Position numbers and translations under genes: made by a program | Part shown: positions 1-8,234 of the stretch, piece by piece | Position numbering within the stretch: the stretch's first letter is position 1 | Layout of the letters: every line of letters starts with the position of its first letter | Notes under the pieces: model-generated | Database searches by the model: none | Told to the model about the DNA's origin: nothing | The model's input: only the letters and a program-made list of their open reading frames with translations | Virus record (IMG/VR): IMGVR_UViG_3300022752_000001 | Coordinates: 8,270 to 72,269 of that record | Reading direction: 5' to 3' (one strand) | Length of the DNA stretch: 64,000 nucleotides | Source: a virus

Positions 1-2930
1 GCCCGAACAGAAACTGAAGTTTCAGGCAACATGTAGAAGTTATCCCAAAATATCCAGCTGGGGTACTGGTCTGGTTTGTAATAAACCTCTACATCCGTTT
101 GGTCTCTAAGATTTGAAAACCAAAAGTCTGATCGTATAAGTTTTTTGAGTTCAAACATTGAACGGAATGAATAGGCCGATGTTTCCAGCTCAGCCCGGAT
201 AGGTACTGATCCGGAAGATGTGCCTGTAACGGCAAGAGCAAACGTAGAAGAGTTTTCTGCCGGCAAAGCGCCAGACGCAACCGCAGAAACGTATATAAAA
301 CCAGTAGTGTTGATTGGTCCAAGGTCAACTTCAGCAGTAGTTTTTCCAGAAGCCTGAGTAGACAGGTTGACGGAAAGATTTTTTAAGAGAGGAGAGATTC
401 TTGCGTCGGAAGTAAATGTTTCTTCTGAAACATCGTAATTACTCACAGCATATGAGATTGATACACCCTGAGTGCCCATGCCAAAAGAAGTCCATGTTGT
501 GGCAGAAGACTCGTTTTCAGTGCTAAGAATAAGTTTTACACTCTGCGGCCCAAGCGCAGCTATTCTGCTAAGGTCAAACTTGGCTTTACGAGTTCCTGCG
601 AGACTTGTGGTCTGATAAGTGCCGGACAAAAGACTGTTTGTAAAAACCAACTCACTCCCGGCAATCGGGCGATCCTCGTGAGCGGTCGAATCGATCTCCC
701 AGACGCTGTTTAAATTACAGCTGATGCCAAGAATGAATGCTTTGTTTCTGCGTCCAAAATCACCCGCAATGACTTGAAGCATATCTATGCCTGTCCACAC
801 TCCGTCATAAGCCGCAGCCGTTTTGCCAAGACTCCCTGTCATCGAATTAAAATCCAAACTAATCAGGGCTTTGTAGATTTTTTTGGCCTTACTATTGAGG
901 GTTTCGGGTTGATACTCTTGAGGCAAAGCGGTCATCAACACACGACCGCGGTCTGTGTAAGCTAAGCTGACGTCCTGTAAAAGATGAATCGGTTCCTGAT
1001 TGAGAATGTAATTCATTTCGGCGCTCATCGCCGTGTTTCCGTATGTCTCCATTTCAGCGGTGGCGTTCTTGTATGTACGAAGTCCGTCATTGGACCGGAA
1101 AAATAAATCCCCGTTAACCTGAGCAAAAGCATCGGGCCCTACGGCTCCAATGTTTGTGTAAAGAACAGTCTGGAAGCCCGCCGTAGTACCCCACTGGGAT
1201 CTTGGCGTAGTCACAGCAAAAGTGGCGGCCCCGAATTCGCAAAATACAAACAACTGTCCTTGTCCTGCTACAGTGTTCTGAGTGGGGACAAACTGCATTC
1301 CCGTGATTCTTCCCATAAACGAAGGCATGAGAAGGCTTCCACCCTCATTAAGATATGTGTTTTCAGTATTGAAAAGAACAGACGCTCTAGGATCAGACAA
1401 CGGGTAATTGATAGCTCCGGAGCTCGTTGTTCCGGCTTTTACGTTTACATGAGACCCAACAAGATCGAGGGCCTGAATCTCAAAACGGTTTGCGTTGGCT
1501 ACAAAAAGTCTCCCTTGCCCGTACGACATAATTGACCCTGTCGGAATCTCTGAAGGATTTTCCAAAATTGCGTAAGCTTTAGCGCCAGACCCGCCGCCAC
1601 CCGAGAACGTAATTGTAGGTACTGAGGTGTAACCTGACCCAACATTGGAAACCGTGATTCGTTCAACTTGGCCGCTTGTAGCGCTAACCGCAGCAGTAGC
1701 GGTTGCCGTTGTGCCGCTTCCGCCAGGAGCTGAAATAGTTACAGTAGGAGCTGAGGTGTACCCAGAACCTCGATTTGTAACGATAACAGATACAACTGTT
1801 CCACTTCCGACACCCGTTGAAAGAGCGGGATTGGAGGTTACATAAGCTCGTCGAATGTTTTCTCCGTCAAATATAAATGGAGCGTTAATACCGTCTTGAA
1901 TAATCAAATACTTTTCAGCCTGGCAGAAATAATGACGATTGGTTTGATGGTTCTGATCTGGCCAAGGTCTTTCAGAAGCGGAAGAATCTCTTGAAAATCT
2001 TAAAGCCAACGAAGCGTTAGTTGAGCCAACAACATAAGCTTTTGCGTTTTTGCTGAAACCGGTTCCGCCGTCGGATACAGTGACGTAATTAAGCCCGCCG
2101 GATACAGTTGTTGCGGAAGCCGCAAAGTCAGTTCCAGTTTTTCCAAGCAGAACTCCAGCCGGCAAAGGATCTTCAATGATGACCTTGGAACTATTGGTAA
2201 GCCCGGCGCCTGCGGTAGCTTTTCCAGCTCCAGCAACACGCAACGTATAGTACGTGGTGTCCATGAACTTTGGTAAGTTAACGTAACCAACAGAAGGATT
2301 ATAGATGGTGTAAGAGCCAACAGACGAACCGACTGAGGAGGAAGAATTAGCCGTGTAGGTAAAAGAGGTTAAGGTCGGTGTTGAAAGGATTGTGGCGTCT
2401 GTGACGTTCAGATGCGCCTGAAGTGTGCTGGCAACTGTGACTTTATCCCCGGGGTTTAATTGATGCGGAACGCTTGTCGTAAGCGTAGCTGTTGTGCCGG
2501 TGCAAGTGATGCTGACAATTGTTTTAGGTGAAGTTGTGGTACCGGAAGTGCCGTTGATTCGGATAATCTTCTTTGTTTGCGGGTCAATCCGGTAAAGCCA
2601 ACCACTTGCGGCCGCAATAATGTAGGTCTTCCCCTTTCCTGCGTCAGCCAAGTCAGAAGCCTCGTCCCGATTGGCGGGTTGAGTAAAAAGCGTAGCTCCT
2701 TGAAAATAACCACCCTGGAAAGACTCAAGCGCGTCCGGGTCTTCGGGATCGGATTGCAGATCGAGTTGAACAAAACCGGGTCTGGTTTTTACGGTGCCGC
2801 CCCGGGCTGTGACGTTCACGCCGAGGGCATAACTTTTTTGGCTGATCATGTTTGGTTCCTTTGAGGAATCCATGCCACTTTCCAGCCCGTTAAACCCTGC
2901 TACCTGACGTCCTACATCTTTTATGGCCAT
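1..2930 (-). CDS. Tail nozzle / tail tubular protein B-like virion protein (partial, runs off the left edge)
   Basis: Not in the ORF track because it is truncated. Manual translation from ATG 2930 gives [23 protein letters not shown]...[16 protein letters not shown]..., open for about 976 codons. It has beta-propeller-like segments ([20 protein letters not shown]) and lies in the late operon. Confidence 0.7.
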   Translation of the reverse strand, partial: MAIKDVGRQVAGFNGLESGMDSSKEPNMISQKSYALGVNVTARGGTVKTRPGFVQLDLQSDPEDPDALESFQGGYFQGATLFTQPANRDEASDLADAGKGKTYIIAAASGWLYRIDPQTKKIIRINGTSGTTTSPKTIVSITCTGTTATLTTSVPHQLNPGDKVTVASTLQAHLNVTDATILSTPTLTSFTYTANSSSSVGSSVGSYTIYNPSVGYVNLPKFMDTTYYTLRVAGAGKATAGAGLTNSSKVIIEDPLPAGVLLGKTGTDFAASATTVSGGLNYVTVSDGGTGFSKNAKAYVVGSTNASLALRFSRDSSASERPWPDQNHQTNRHYFCQAEKYLIIQDGINAPFIFDGENIRRAYVTSNPALSTGVGSGTVVSVIVTNRGSGYTSAPTVTISAPGGSGTTATATAAVSATSGQVERITVSNVGSGYTSVPTITFSGGGGSGAKAYAILENPSEIPTGSIMSYGQGRLFVANANRFEIQALDLVGSHVNVKAGTTSSGAINYPLSDPRASVLFNTENTYLNEGGSLLMPSFMGRITGMQFVPTQNTVAGQGQLFVFCEFGAATFAVTTPRSQWGTTAGFQTVLYTNIGAVGPDAFAQVNGDLFFRSNDGLRTYKNATAEMETYGNTAMSAEMNYILNQEPIHLLQDVSLAYTDRGRVLMTALPQEYQPETLNSKAKKIYKALISLDFNSMTGSLGKTAAAYDGVWTGIDMLQVIAGDFGRRNKAFILGISCNLNSVWEIDSTAHEDRPIAGSELVFTNSLLSGTYQTTSLAGTRKAKFDLSRIAALGPQSVKLILSTENESSATTWTSFGMGTQGVSISYAVSNYDVSEETFTSDARISPLLKNLSVNLSTQASGKTTAEVDLGPINTTGFIYVSAVASGALPAENSSTFALAVTGTSSGSVPIRAELETSAYSFRSMFELKKLIRSDFWFSNLRDQTDVEVYYKPDQYPSWIFWDNFYMLPETSVSVR

Positions 2931-2960
2931 ATTGTTATTTTCTCAGAAATGAAAGACGTT

Positions 2961-3380
2961 TCAACCTTTGGACCTCAATACATCCCAGTTATCTCGCCAG
3001 GCTGAGTTGGTAGCTAAATAAATAGACTTTGTCTTGGGCAGCTTGTTTCGGGGCATGACAAAGACAGCGTCCAAAGGAATATGATAAAAAATGAAAATGT
3101 CGCAGTCAGTTTTGTTGTAGATCACCTTTTTCTTGCATGTTTTAAGAAGGGCTCCGTACCCGTAGCCAGGACCTTTTACAGCCAGAAACTTAAGCTTATT
3201 TCGCACCTTGGTATCAGAAGCCCCAGAAGTGGTTTTAACCTGGACTCTTCTGAGCTTGCCTCTCCAGTCGGTTATCAAATCGTACCCCTCGTCGATTACG
3301 GGCGTGCAAACAAGAAACCCCTGCTCCAAGAGCTTTGCGGCCACTCTTTGAACGCCAATAGCCCCTATACGAAGGCTCAT
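2961..3380 (-). CDS. PD-(D/E)XK endonuclease, group I intron-associated (I-Ssp6803I/PDDEXK_5-like) family
   Basis: Pattern G..G...VAAKLL..G..V..P....YDLI.D......RVQVKT...Y....CD.F..Y; ATGA overlap with the upstream stop codon. Confidence 0.75.
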   Translation of the reverse strand: MSLRIGAIGVQRVAAKLLEQGFLVCTPVIDEGYDLITDWRGKLRRVQVKTTSGASDTKVRNKLKFLAVKGPGYGYGALLKTCKKKVIYNKTDCDIFIFYHIPLDAVFVMPRNKLPKTKSIYLATNSAWRDNWDVLRSKG

Positions 3381-3904
3381 AGCCAAGACCTCCCCAGGAC
3401 ATTGATCGCAAGCCTGCGACGCCTATAAACCCCATCTCCGTCGCGGGAACCGCCACCGTTTGTGTTCCCTTCAATCGTTAAAAGCCATTCCCCGTCATTT
3501 TTCTCTACAAGCCCGGTATGCGCTACCCGACCCATACTGTTAAACCATATCCCAAAGACGTCGGCTGGCTTAAGCGGTATGCCCTTTCTGGATCTATCCC
3601 AAATAGGATGGTACAACATTGTGGGCGACCAAGCCGTCCGGGGGTATGGGTTGAGGGGGCGGGTAAAAGTCTTGTCCCCTACCCAAACAACAAAAGCCGC
3701 GCACCAAGGCGCTCGAGTACCTTTTAAACCTACCGAGTCTAGGATCTCGTCCACCACGGGCCCGTCGTTCTGTCCCGTAGCTTCTGTGATCCCAATGGCT
3801 TTTCTGGCCGTTTCGACAACCCGACTCCTCGCATCCGCATCACCCAAAGAAATATTGGGGTAGGCAAGAACAAGAGTAATCGCAAAAACATATCTTACCG
3901 GCAT
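3377..3904 (-). CDS. CHAP-domain endolysin with N-terminal signal peptide
   Basis: PWCAAFV catalytic Cys, HTGLVE His and TIEGNT motifs; hydrophobic N-terminus. Confidence 0.85.
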   Translation of the reverse strand: MPVRYVFAITLVLAYPNISLGDADARSRVVETARKAIGITEATGQNDGPVVDEILDSVGLKGTRAPWCAAFVVWVGDKTFTRPLNPYPRTAWSPTMLYHPIWDRSRKGIPLKPADVFGIWFNSMGRVAHTGLVEKNDGEWLLTIEGNTNGGGSRDGDGVYRRRRLAINVLGRSWL

Positions 3905-4236
3905 GACAGGATGGCTGCCAGTAACAGGACGGAAAACATGACTGCAAAAACAAACAGCCTTGTCCTAGGTCCCGATTCCTTCCAGTCATCGCTGAGCGCA
4001 CCTCGGTCGACGTATTGATCAAGTATCTTCCAATCCAACTGAAGCACCGTCCAAGCCATGAACGTGCAAAATAGAAATCGAACAGCACCAAATGCCAGGA
4101 CGTGCAGAGAGCCGAGATCTACGGTTCCAGCCGTAGTGTCAAAGCCTTGGAGAATTGGCCCTAAAAAGAAAAAGATGATAGTGGCTACAGCAATAGCCAA
4201 AAGCCCCTGTATGTTTGAGAATAGCCAGCGTTTCAC
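3895..4236 (-). CDS. Holin-like membrane protein (3 TM segments)
   Basis: Three hydrophobic stretches; adjacent to the endolysin. Confidence 0.55.
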   Translation of the reverse strand: MKRWLFSNIQGLLAIAVATIIFFFLGPILQGFDTTAGTVDLGSLHVLAFGAVRFLFCTFMAWTVLQLDWKILDQYVDRGALSDDWKESGPRTRLFVFAVMFSVLLLAAILSCR

Positions 4237-4616
4237 CAGGGAATTCCAATGAACTTACGAACTACCCAAAAGATGGGTCCACGTGCGGCAAAAAGAATTG
4301 CGGCAATCAAAGCCCCCCTCCACATCCATAACTCACCTAGGGCTTTACGCTGTTTGGCTTTCCAGATCTCAGCGTCTTTAACAGCCTCGTTACGTTCTTT
4401 GACTGCTGCCTCAAGAGCTTCGGTATTTACAAAACAAGCCTGCTTTGCTGATTCTAATTGCTTTTTAGCCTCTTCAATATGAACTTTAGCTTCCGGGTTG
4501 GCTACAGCTGAGGCCGCATCCAGCCTAGCTTCGGCAGTCGCAAAGTTGGGCAAACGCTTGGGAGATACGGTAGAACAACCCGTAAAAAGCAACGCAACCA
4601 CTAGTAGGGTCGGCAT
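4233..4616 (-). CDS. Lipoprotein with C-terminal TM helix, candidate unimolecular spanin
   Basis: Lipobox LLFTG-C, coiled-coil middle, C-terminal hydrophobic helix; within the lysis cluster. Confidence 0.6.
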   Translation of the reverse strand: MPTLLVVALLFTGCSTVSPKRLPNFATAEARLDAASAVANPEAKVHIEEAKKQLESAKQACFVNTEALEAAVKERNEAVKDAEIWKAKQRKALGELWMWRGALIAAILFAARGPIFWVVRKFIGIPW

Positions 4617-4623
4617 ATGTACG

Positions 4624-4652
4624 AGTATCAATTACTTCCTTAATTTTGTCAA
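4624..4652 (-). promoter_or_regulatory. Sigma70-like promoter for lysis genes
   Basis: TTGACA-N17-GATACT ending 7 nt before ATG 4616. Confidence 0.55.
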
Positions 4653-4655
4653 TAA

Positions 4656-4862
4656 TTAACGGCCGTTGAGCTTTTCCCAAAACCATTGCCCAAACATTGT
4701 AAACCCCAAGGTAAGTGTAGCGACAATCCCGTATCCCCTATTGATGTGTCCTTCAACCTTATGAATACGATTGTCGTGGCCGGTAAGTAAATCGATCGTG
4801 GAGTCGACTTTAGTCTCGATACGAGCCAAACGCTCCCTGATCTCGGATTGGTCTTCGTTCAT
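4656..4862 (-). CDS. XhlA/hemolysin-like small holin-type protein
   Basis: Coiled coil ERLARIETKVD...RIHKVE followed by a single C-terminal TM helix. Confidence 0.6.
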   Translation of the reverse strand: MNEDQSEIRERLARIETKVDSTIDLLTGHDNRIHKVEGHINRGYGIVATLTLGFTMFGQWFWEKLNGR

Positions 4863-5080
4863 TTGAGATTCGCAATAACTGGCCGTAGCCGGTCGCAAAT
4901 TGCGTCCCCGTTTAGCCCGAGCAAATGCCAGAGCTCATTCTTTTTGTTGAAGAACCAGGCAAAGTGCTGCTTGGTCATCAAATCCTCTGGGTACGCAGAT
5001 CGGGTGCCGTATTTCTGAGCGTATTTCAAATCCCAAACGGCCTGCTCAACGATAGCCAGGCCGAGGTCTTTGATTAAATG
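4859..5080 (-). CDS. Hypothetical protein, start codon unclear
   Basis: The C-terminal part of ORF 4859..5284 (LGLAIVEQAVWDL...) fills the gap and its stop overlaps the next start; there is no nearby canonical start. Confidence 0.45.
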   Translation of the reverse strand, partial: HLIKDLGLAIVEQAVWDLKYAQKYGTRSAYPEDLMTKQHFAWFFNKKNELWHLLGLNGDAICDRLRPVIANLK

Positions 5081-5081
5081 C

Positions 5082-5327
5082 TCAGGACATCCCGGTCTCG
5101 ATTGAGTCGACGAAGTCGCCTTCTTGGGCTTGCGGGGTTTCATTCGAGGCCATTTCGTCCTTGGGAGCAGCTTCTTCTTTTTTCTCGCCGACGGGATTAC
5201 CCTCGACTGAGGAAAGGCAAAACATATCGCCTTTGATGTAGCCCTCTGCCATGAACTCAAACGTCTCACCTTCTTTAACTCCATCGGGGAGTGTAAAACC
5301 TTGCGGAATCGGAAATTCTACTTTCAT
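5082..5327 (-). CDS. Small acidic virion-associated protein (paralog A)
   Basis: Downstream of the capsid gene; similar to the neighbouring ORF. Confidence 0.65.
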   Translation of the reverse strand: MKVEFPIPQGFTLPDGVKEGETFEFMAEGYIKGDMFCLSSVEGNPVGEKKEEAAPKDEMASNETPQAQEGDFVDSIETGMS

Positions 5328-5665
5328 AGTTCAAAACCTTTCTCAACGGAATCTACGAACGCCATGCGTTCTCTTTCCTTGTCCTCTTCGCTCTCAACTC
5401 CTGGATTAGGAACTGGAAGACCTTCCAATTTGGTTACAACGAGCTCTTCCCCATCGATGATACCTGAAGCTACAAAATCAAACTCAGCTCTAGGTTTGAC
5501 TGGAGTAGGTGCTGAAAACCCAACAGGAAGTGGAATACGTATTCCGGAAACCTTATCTGTGCTCTTAGGTTCACCAGCAGCTTTGGCAGTCTTAGAGTCT
5601 TCAGCCTTTGCTTTAGCCTCAACCTTGCCCTTGCCAGAAGGGAGAACCAGGAGGATAGATTCCAT
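5324..5665 (-). CDS. Small virion-associated protein (paralog B)
   Basis: ATG follows the capsid terminator; shares P.P.GF..P..VK....F.F.A.G.I.G...EG.PV and FVDS.E.G with paralog A. Confidence 0.65.
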   Translation of the reverse strand: MESILLVLPSGKGKVEAKAKAEDSKTAKAAGEPKSTDKVSGIRIPLPVGFSAPTPVKPRAEFDFVASGIIDGEELVVTKLEGLPVPNPGVESEEDKERERMAFVDSVEKGFEL

Positions 5666-5668
5666 TTT

Positions 5669-5709
5669 ATAAAAAGTGACTGCCCCAGGGGGATTGAACC
5701 CCTGGGGCA
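5669..5709 (-). terminator. Rho-independent terminator after the major capsid gene
   Basis: 11-bp stem TGCCCCAGGGG/CCCCTGGGGCA followed by GTCACTTTTTAT on the minus strand. Confidence 0.8.
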
Positions 5710-5723
5710 ATCGTTCGAATCAA

Positions 5724-7223
5724 TTAGGCTACGAAGTCGAGGACAGCCTCGCCGCGTTTGTGACGGATCACATAGCCCCATTCCGGACGAACCGGCTTGG
5801 AACCGTTTGCGAACGTCGCGCGGAAGAAGCCCACCGAGCCGTCGGGGTTGGAATCCCGATCGGGGATGTTCTTCCACTTGAAGTCACCACGATAACCCTG
5901 AGCGTCAAAGCCCATCTGTCCCATCGAGCCGAGAGGCTTCGGAACAACGGAGTGATACACTTCGTTGATCAAGATGATGGAGTCTTCGTAAGCAGCCGAC
6001 AGGTAGTTCGTGTTGATGTCATATTTGTTGCCCTTGGTGGCCGAGGTGCGAACAAACGGGAACACGCGCTTCCAAGCAAAGATCTTATCATTGCTCGCTG
6101 CGCTAGCCACGGCGGCGGTCAAAACGATGGTCGTCGCAGTCACGGAAGAAACCGTGCTGGCAGCCGACCTAACCGTCGTACCGTCGTTGGCAGTAACAAC
6201 AACCACGTCACCGGCTTCAACACCGTGTCCGGAGGCAACCGTGTAGGTAGCCGAGGCCACAGCGCTGGCAGTCAAGGCGATACGGTTATAGCGAGGAGGA
6301 TACGGATCAATGATGTGGTAGAAGCCACCGTAGGACCGTTCCACGCCGAGAGGAGCAAGCAGCTCATTCGGCTTGGTGGAGTAACGGAAGTCACTACGAA
6401 TGTCGTTGTTGAGCTTGATGATGTCGTCGCTGGTCTCAGCGCTGGTGATCAAGTTGAACACAGGCGCACCGTTTTCCTTGCCTTGAGCGGCCACACCGGC
6501 GCCGTCACGCAGCAACCGCATATAGATCCGACGCAGGATTCCCTGGGTCAGTTTGCTGGTCGCGTCAACCACGGGGCTGAAGGAGGATGCGTCACCGGAA
6601 ACCGTCGCGAAATCCAAAGTGGAACTCGTAGAAACGGTCGTCGGGGTCACCTTGTTCTGAGCCAACCGGACGTATTCGTCCTGGTAGCGAGTCGTCCAGA
6701 CCAAAGCGGTTTGCTCGGTCAGGATGTTCATGATCTGGGTCAGCTGCTCTTTCCGGCGCACGGGGTAGCGCAAATCTTCGAGCGAAATGTTCGGAGACTC
6801 GAGCGCAACACGACGGAGGTCGTAGGTGCGGAGGGTTTGAGCAAACTCAACGTTAGCGAACTTGGGCAGGCTAATGTTGTTGTTGGCGTCCGTCGAAGCA
6901 GTGGCCGAGCCGGCCGGGCTTTGCGTATACGCATTGAAGCTGGTGTAGGTCTGATCGGTGGGGTTGGACCCGAGGATCGCCGAGGAGCCCTGCCAGACCG
7001 ACTGAAGATCGAAATCATTCTGCCGTCCGTTACGGGCCGCCTGGGGGATAGAACGCTCGTAGGTCAGCACGCTGACCCGATCGCCCATCTCTTCGGGGAA
7101 GGTATCTTGTTTAATTAGTTTGAGCCAAACGTTGTTATCGACCGTTTTGCGGTAGATCTCGGGCCCAATTCGTCCAGCTTCCTTAACCAGGAGCTGCTGA
7201 ATATTATCATACACAGTAGACAT
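5724..7223 (-). CDS. Major capsid protein
   Basis: 499 aa, strong SD AAAGGAG, strong codon bias, downstream of portal and scaffold, followed by a terminator. Confidence 0.8.
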   Translation of the reverse strand: MSTVYDNIQQLLVKEAGRIGPEIYRKTVDNNVWLKLIKQDTFPEEMGDRVSVLTYERSIPQAARNGRQNDFDLQSVWQGSSAILGSNPTDQTYTSFNAYTQSPAGSATASTDANNNISLPKFANVEFAQTLRTYDLRRVALESPNISLEDLRYPVRRKEQLTQIMNILTEQTALVWTTRYQDEYVRLAQNKVTPTTVSTSSTLDFATVSGDASSFSPVVDATSKLTQGILRRIYMRLLRDGAGVAAQGKENGAPVFNLITSAETSDDIIKLNNDIRSDFRYSTKPNELLAPLGVERSYGGFYHIIDPYPPRYNRIALTASAVASATYTVASGHGVEAGDVVVVTANDGTTVRSAASTVSSVTATTIVLTAAVASAASNDKIFAWKRVFPFVRTSATKGNKYDINTNYLSAAYEDSIILINEVYHSVVPKPLGSMGQMGFDAQGYRGDFKWKNIPDRDSNPDGSVGFFRATFANGSKPVRPEWGYVIRHKRGEAVLDFVA

Positions 7224-7347
7224 ATTAGGTATTCTCCTTTCAGAGAAATAAGAGTTTTAAAAACAAGAGGAGAAACCAACACGGTTTCCCGTAGTTTTCA
7301 AAGTTGGATCTCCCGGCGGCATCCCGAGACTTTTATTGCCCGCGTGA

Positions 7348-7400
7348 CCACTTCCATTTTTATAGGTCGTGCCCTCAAAACCCGCTTCCGTTTTTATAGG
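7348..7400. repeat. 19-bp direct repeat in the capsid leader
   Basis: CCACTTCCATTTTTATAGG (7348-7366) and CCGCTTCCGTTTTTATAGG (7382-7400), 2 mismatches. Confidence 0.8.
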
Positions 7401-7418
7401 ATCTCTAAGGCAGATGAG

Positions 7419-7447
7419 AGTATGCGTTACTGTCTTTTGTTTGTCAA
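7419..7447 (-). promoter_or_regulatory. Sigma70-like promoter upstream of the capsid gene
   Basis: TTGACA-N17-CATACT; the spacer contains operator half-site GACAGTAA. Confidence 0.7.
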
Positions 7448-7696
7448 TACCTAATTTATGCGTTGACCCGCTCCCTAACAAGAACGCATTTATACCAACC
7501 CGTCACCGGGTGGATTGGACTATATCTTGGCGTCGTTAGACGCCCCGCTTGTTCGTGCTGGTTATTAAGGCTTCCTAAGCCTCCAGTAGTCTCTACACCT
7601 TACATGCAAGCGTGCATGTCTTGGCTCGGTATTGTCTTGGGGATCTCCCAAGAGTTCCACCGAATTAAAGCAGTATGGGCCTAATCTGAAAAAGAA

Positions 7697-8233
7697 CTAC
7701 TCAAAAATAGCATATCTACAACAAACACCAATGCTATTTCCGTAAGAGATTACCCTACGTCTACCAGTATTTGGGGATCCTGGGACTCGGCTCAATACAA
7801 ATTTGTCCCAAGAAACCCATACTTTAATGAGCTTATTGATTGGTAGACCTCCAGAATGGTAGGAGTTAAGAAAAGAGTATAAGTTTGGGGATACAGACTG
7901 CCAGAACGAATACCTAGGGTTGCTAGAGTCAGCATATGTCGGAGAACCATATAGAAAATTTTCTTTCCAACTATACTTATTGATGCTTGGGTAATACCGA
8001 TATGTTGGTGTACTGCCCGAAGGCTTTACAAATTCAAAACCAGTAGCTCCGCAATTTTCAATAAACGGACCAGAACCAACACCAGTGTAGAATGTACCAG
8101 TTCGCAGTTCAGAAGGAGCTTGCCTAAGATGAGATATGTTACCAGTTCTAAATGGAGTAGTGTCTCCATGAAATGTAGCAACCTCGTAAATCGTAGGAGC
8201 TTTACGGATCTGTAATGGGAGGATGGTGGGCAT
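7697..8233 (-). CDS. Hypothetical protein (late operon)
   Basis: 178-aa ORF tightly coupled to the upstream gene; Tyr/Ser-rich. Confidence 0.6.
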   Translation of the reverse strand: MPTILPLQIRKAPTIYEVATFHGDTTPFRTGNISHLRQAPSELRTGTFYTGVGSGPFIENCGATGFEFVKPSGSTPTYRYYPSINKYSWKENFLYGSPTYADSSNPRYSFWQSVSPNLYSFLNSYHSGGLPINKLIKVWVSWDKFVLSRVPGSPNTGRRRVISYGNSIGVCCRYAIFE

Positions 8234-8234
8234 G

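Larger units (their letters stand above)
7241..7696 (-). ncRNA. Group I intron ribozyme (core about 7495-7686), apparently permuted or stand-alone
   Basis: Conserved elements P AATTCGGTGGAA (7666-7655), Q AATACCGAGC, R GTAGAGACTA (7596-7587) and S AAGATATAGTCC (7528-7517). Helices P3 CUGCUU/AAGCGG, P4 UUCGGU/ACCGAG, P5, P6/6a, P7, P7.1, P8 GGCGUC/GACGCC and P9 with a GUGA tetraloop all pair. The 3' boundary (omega-G 7241) is inferred. Confidence 0.88.

Noticed and set aside
5676-7118. 480-aa plus-strand ORF antisense to the capsid gene
   Set aside because: Shadow frame caused by strong codon bias; no SD or recognisable motifs. The same applies to 10980..11741, 21284..22084 and 26382..27287.
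7257-7684. ORFs 7257..7481 (-) and 7463..7684 (+)
   Set aside because: They overlap the ribozyme, promoter and leader, and have no protein-like features.
7450-7705. Conventional cis-splicing intron in the end of ORF 7697..8233
   Set aside because: The local P1 (UUUGAG/UUCAGA) is short and no P10 supports an omega-G at 7450-7451, whereas the distal P1 and P10 pairings are longer and contiguous. Disfavoured rather than excluded.
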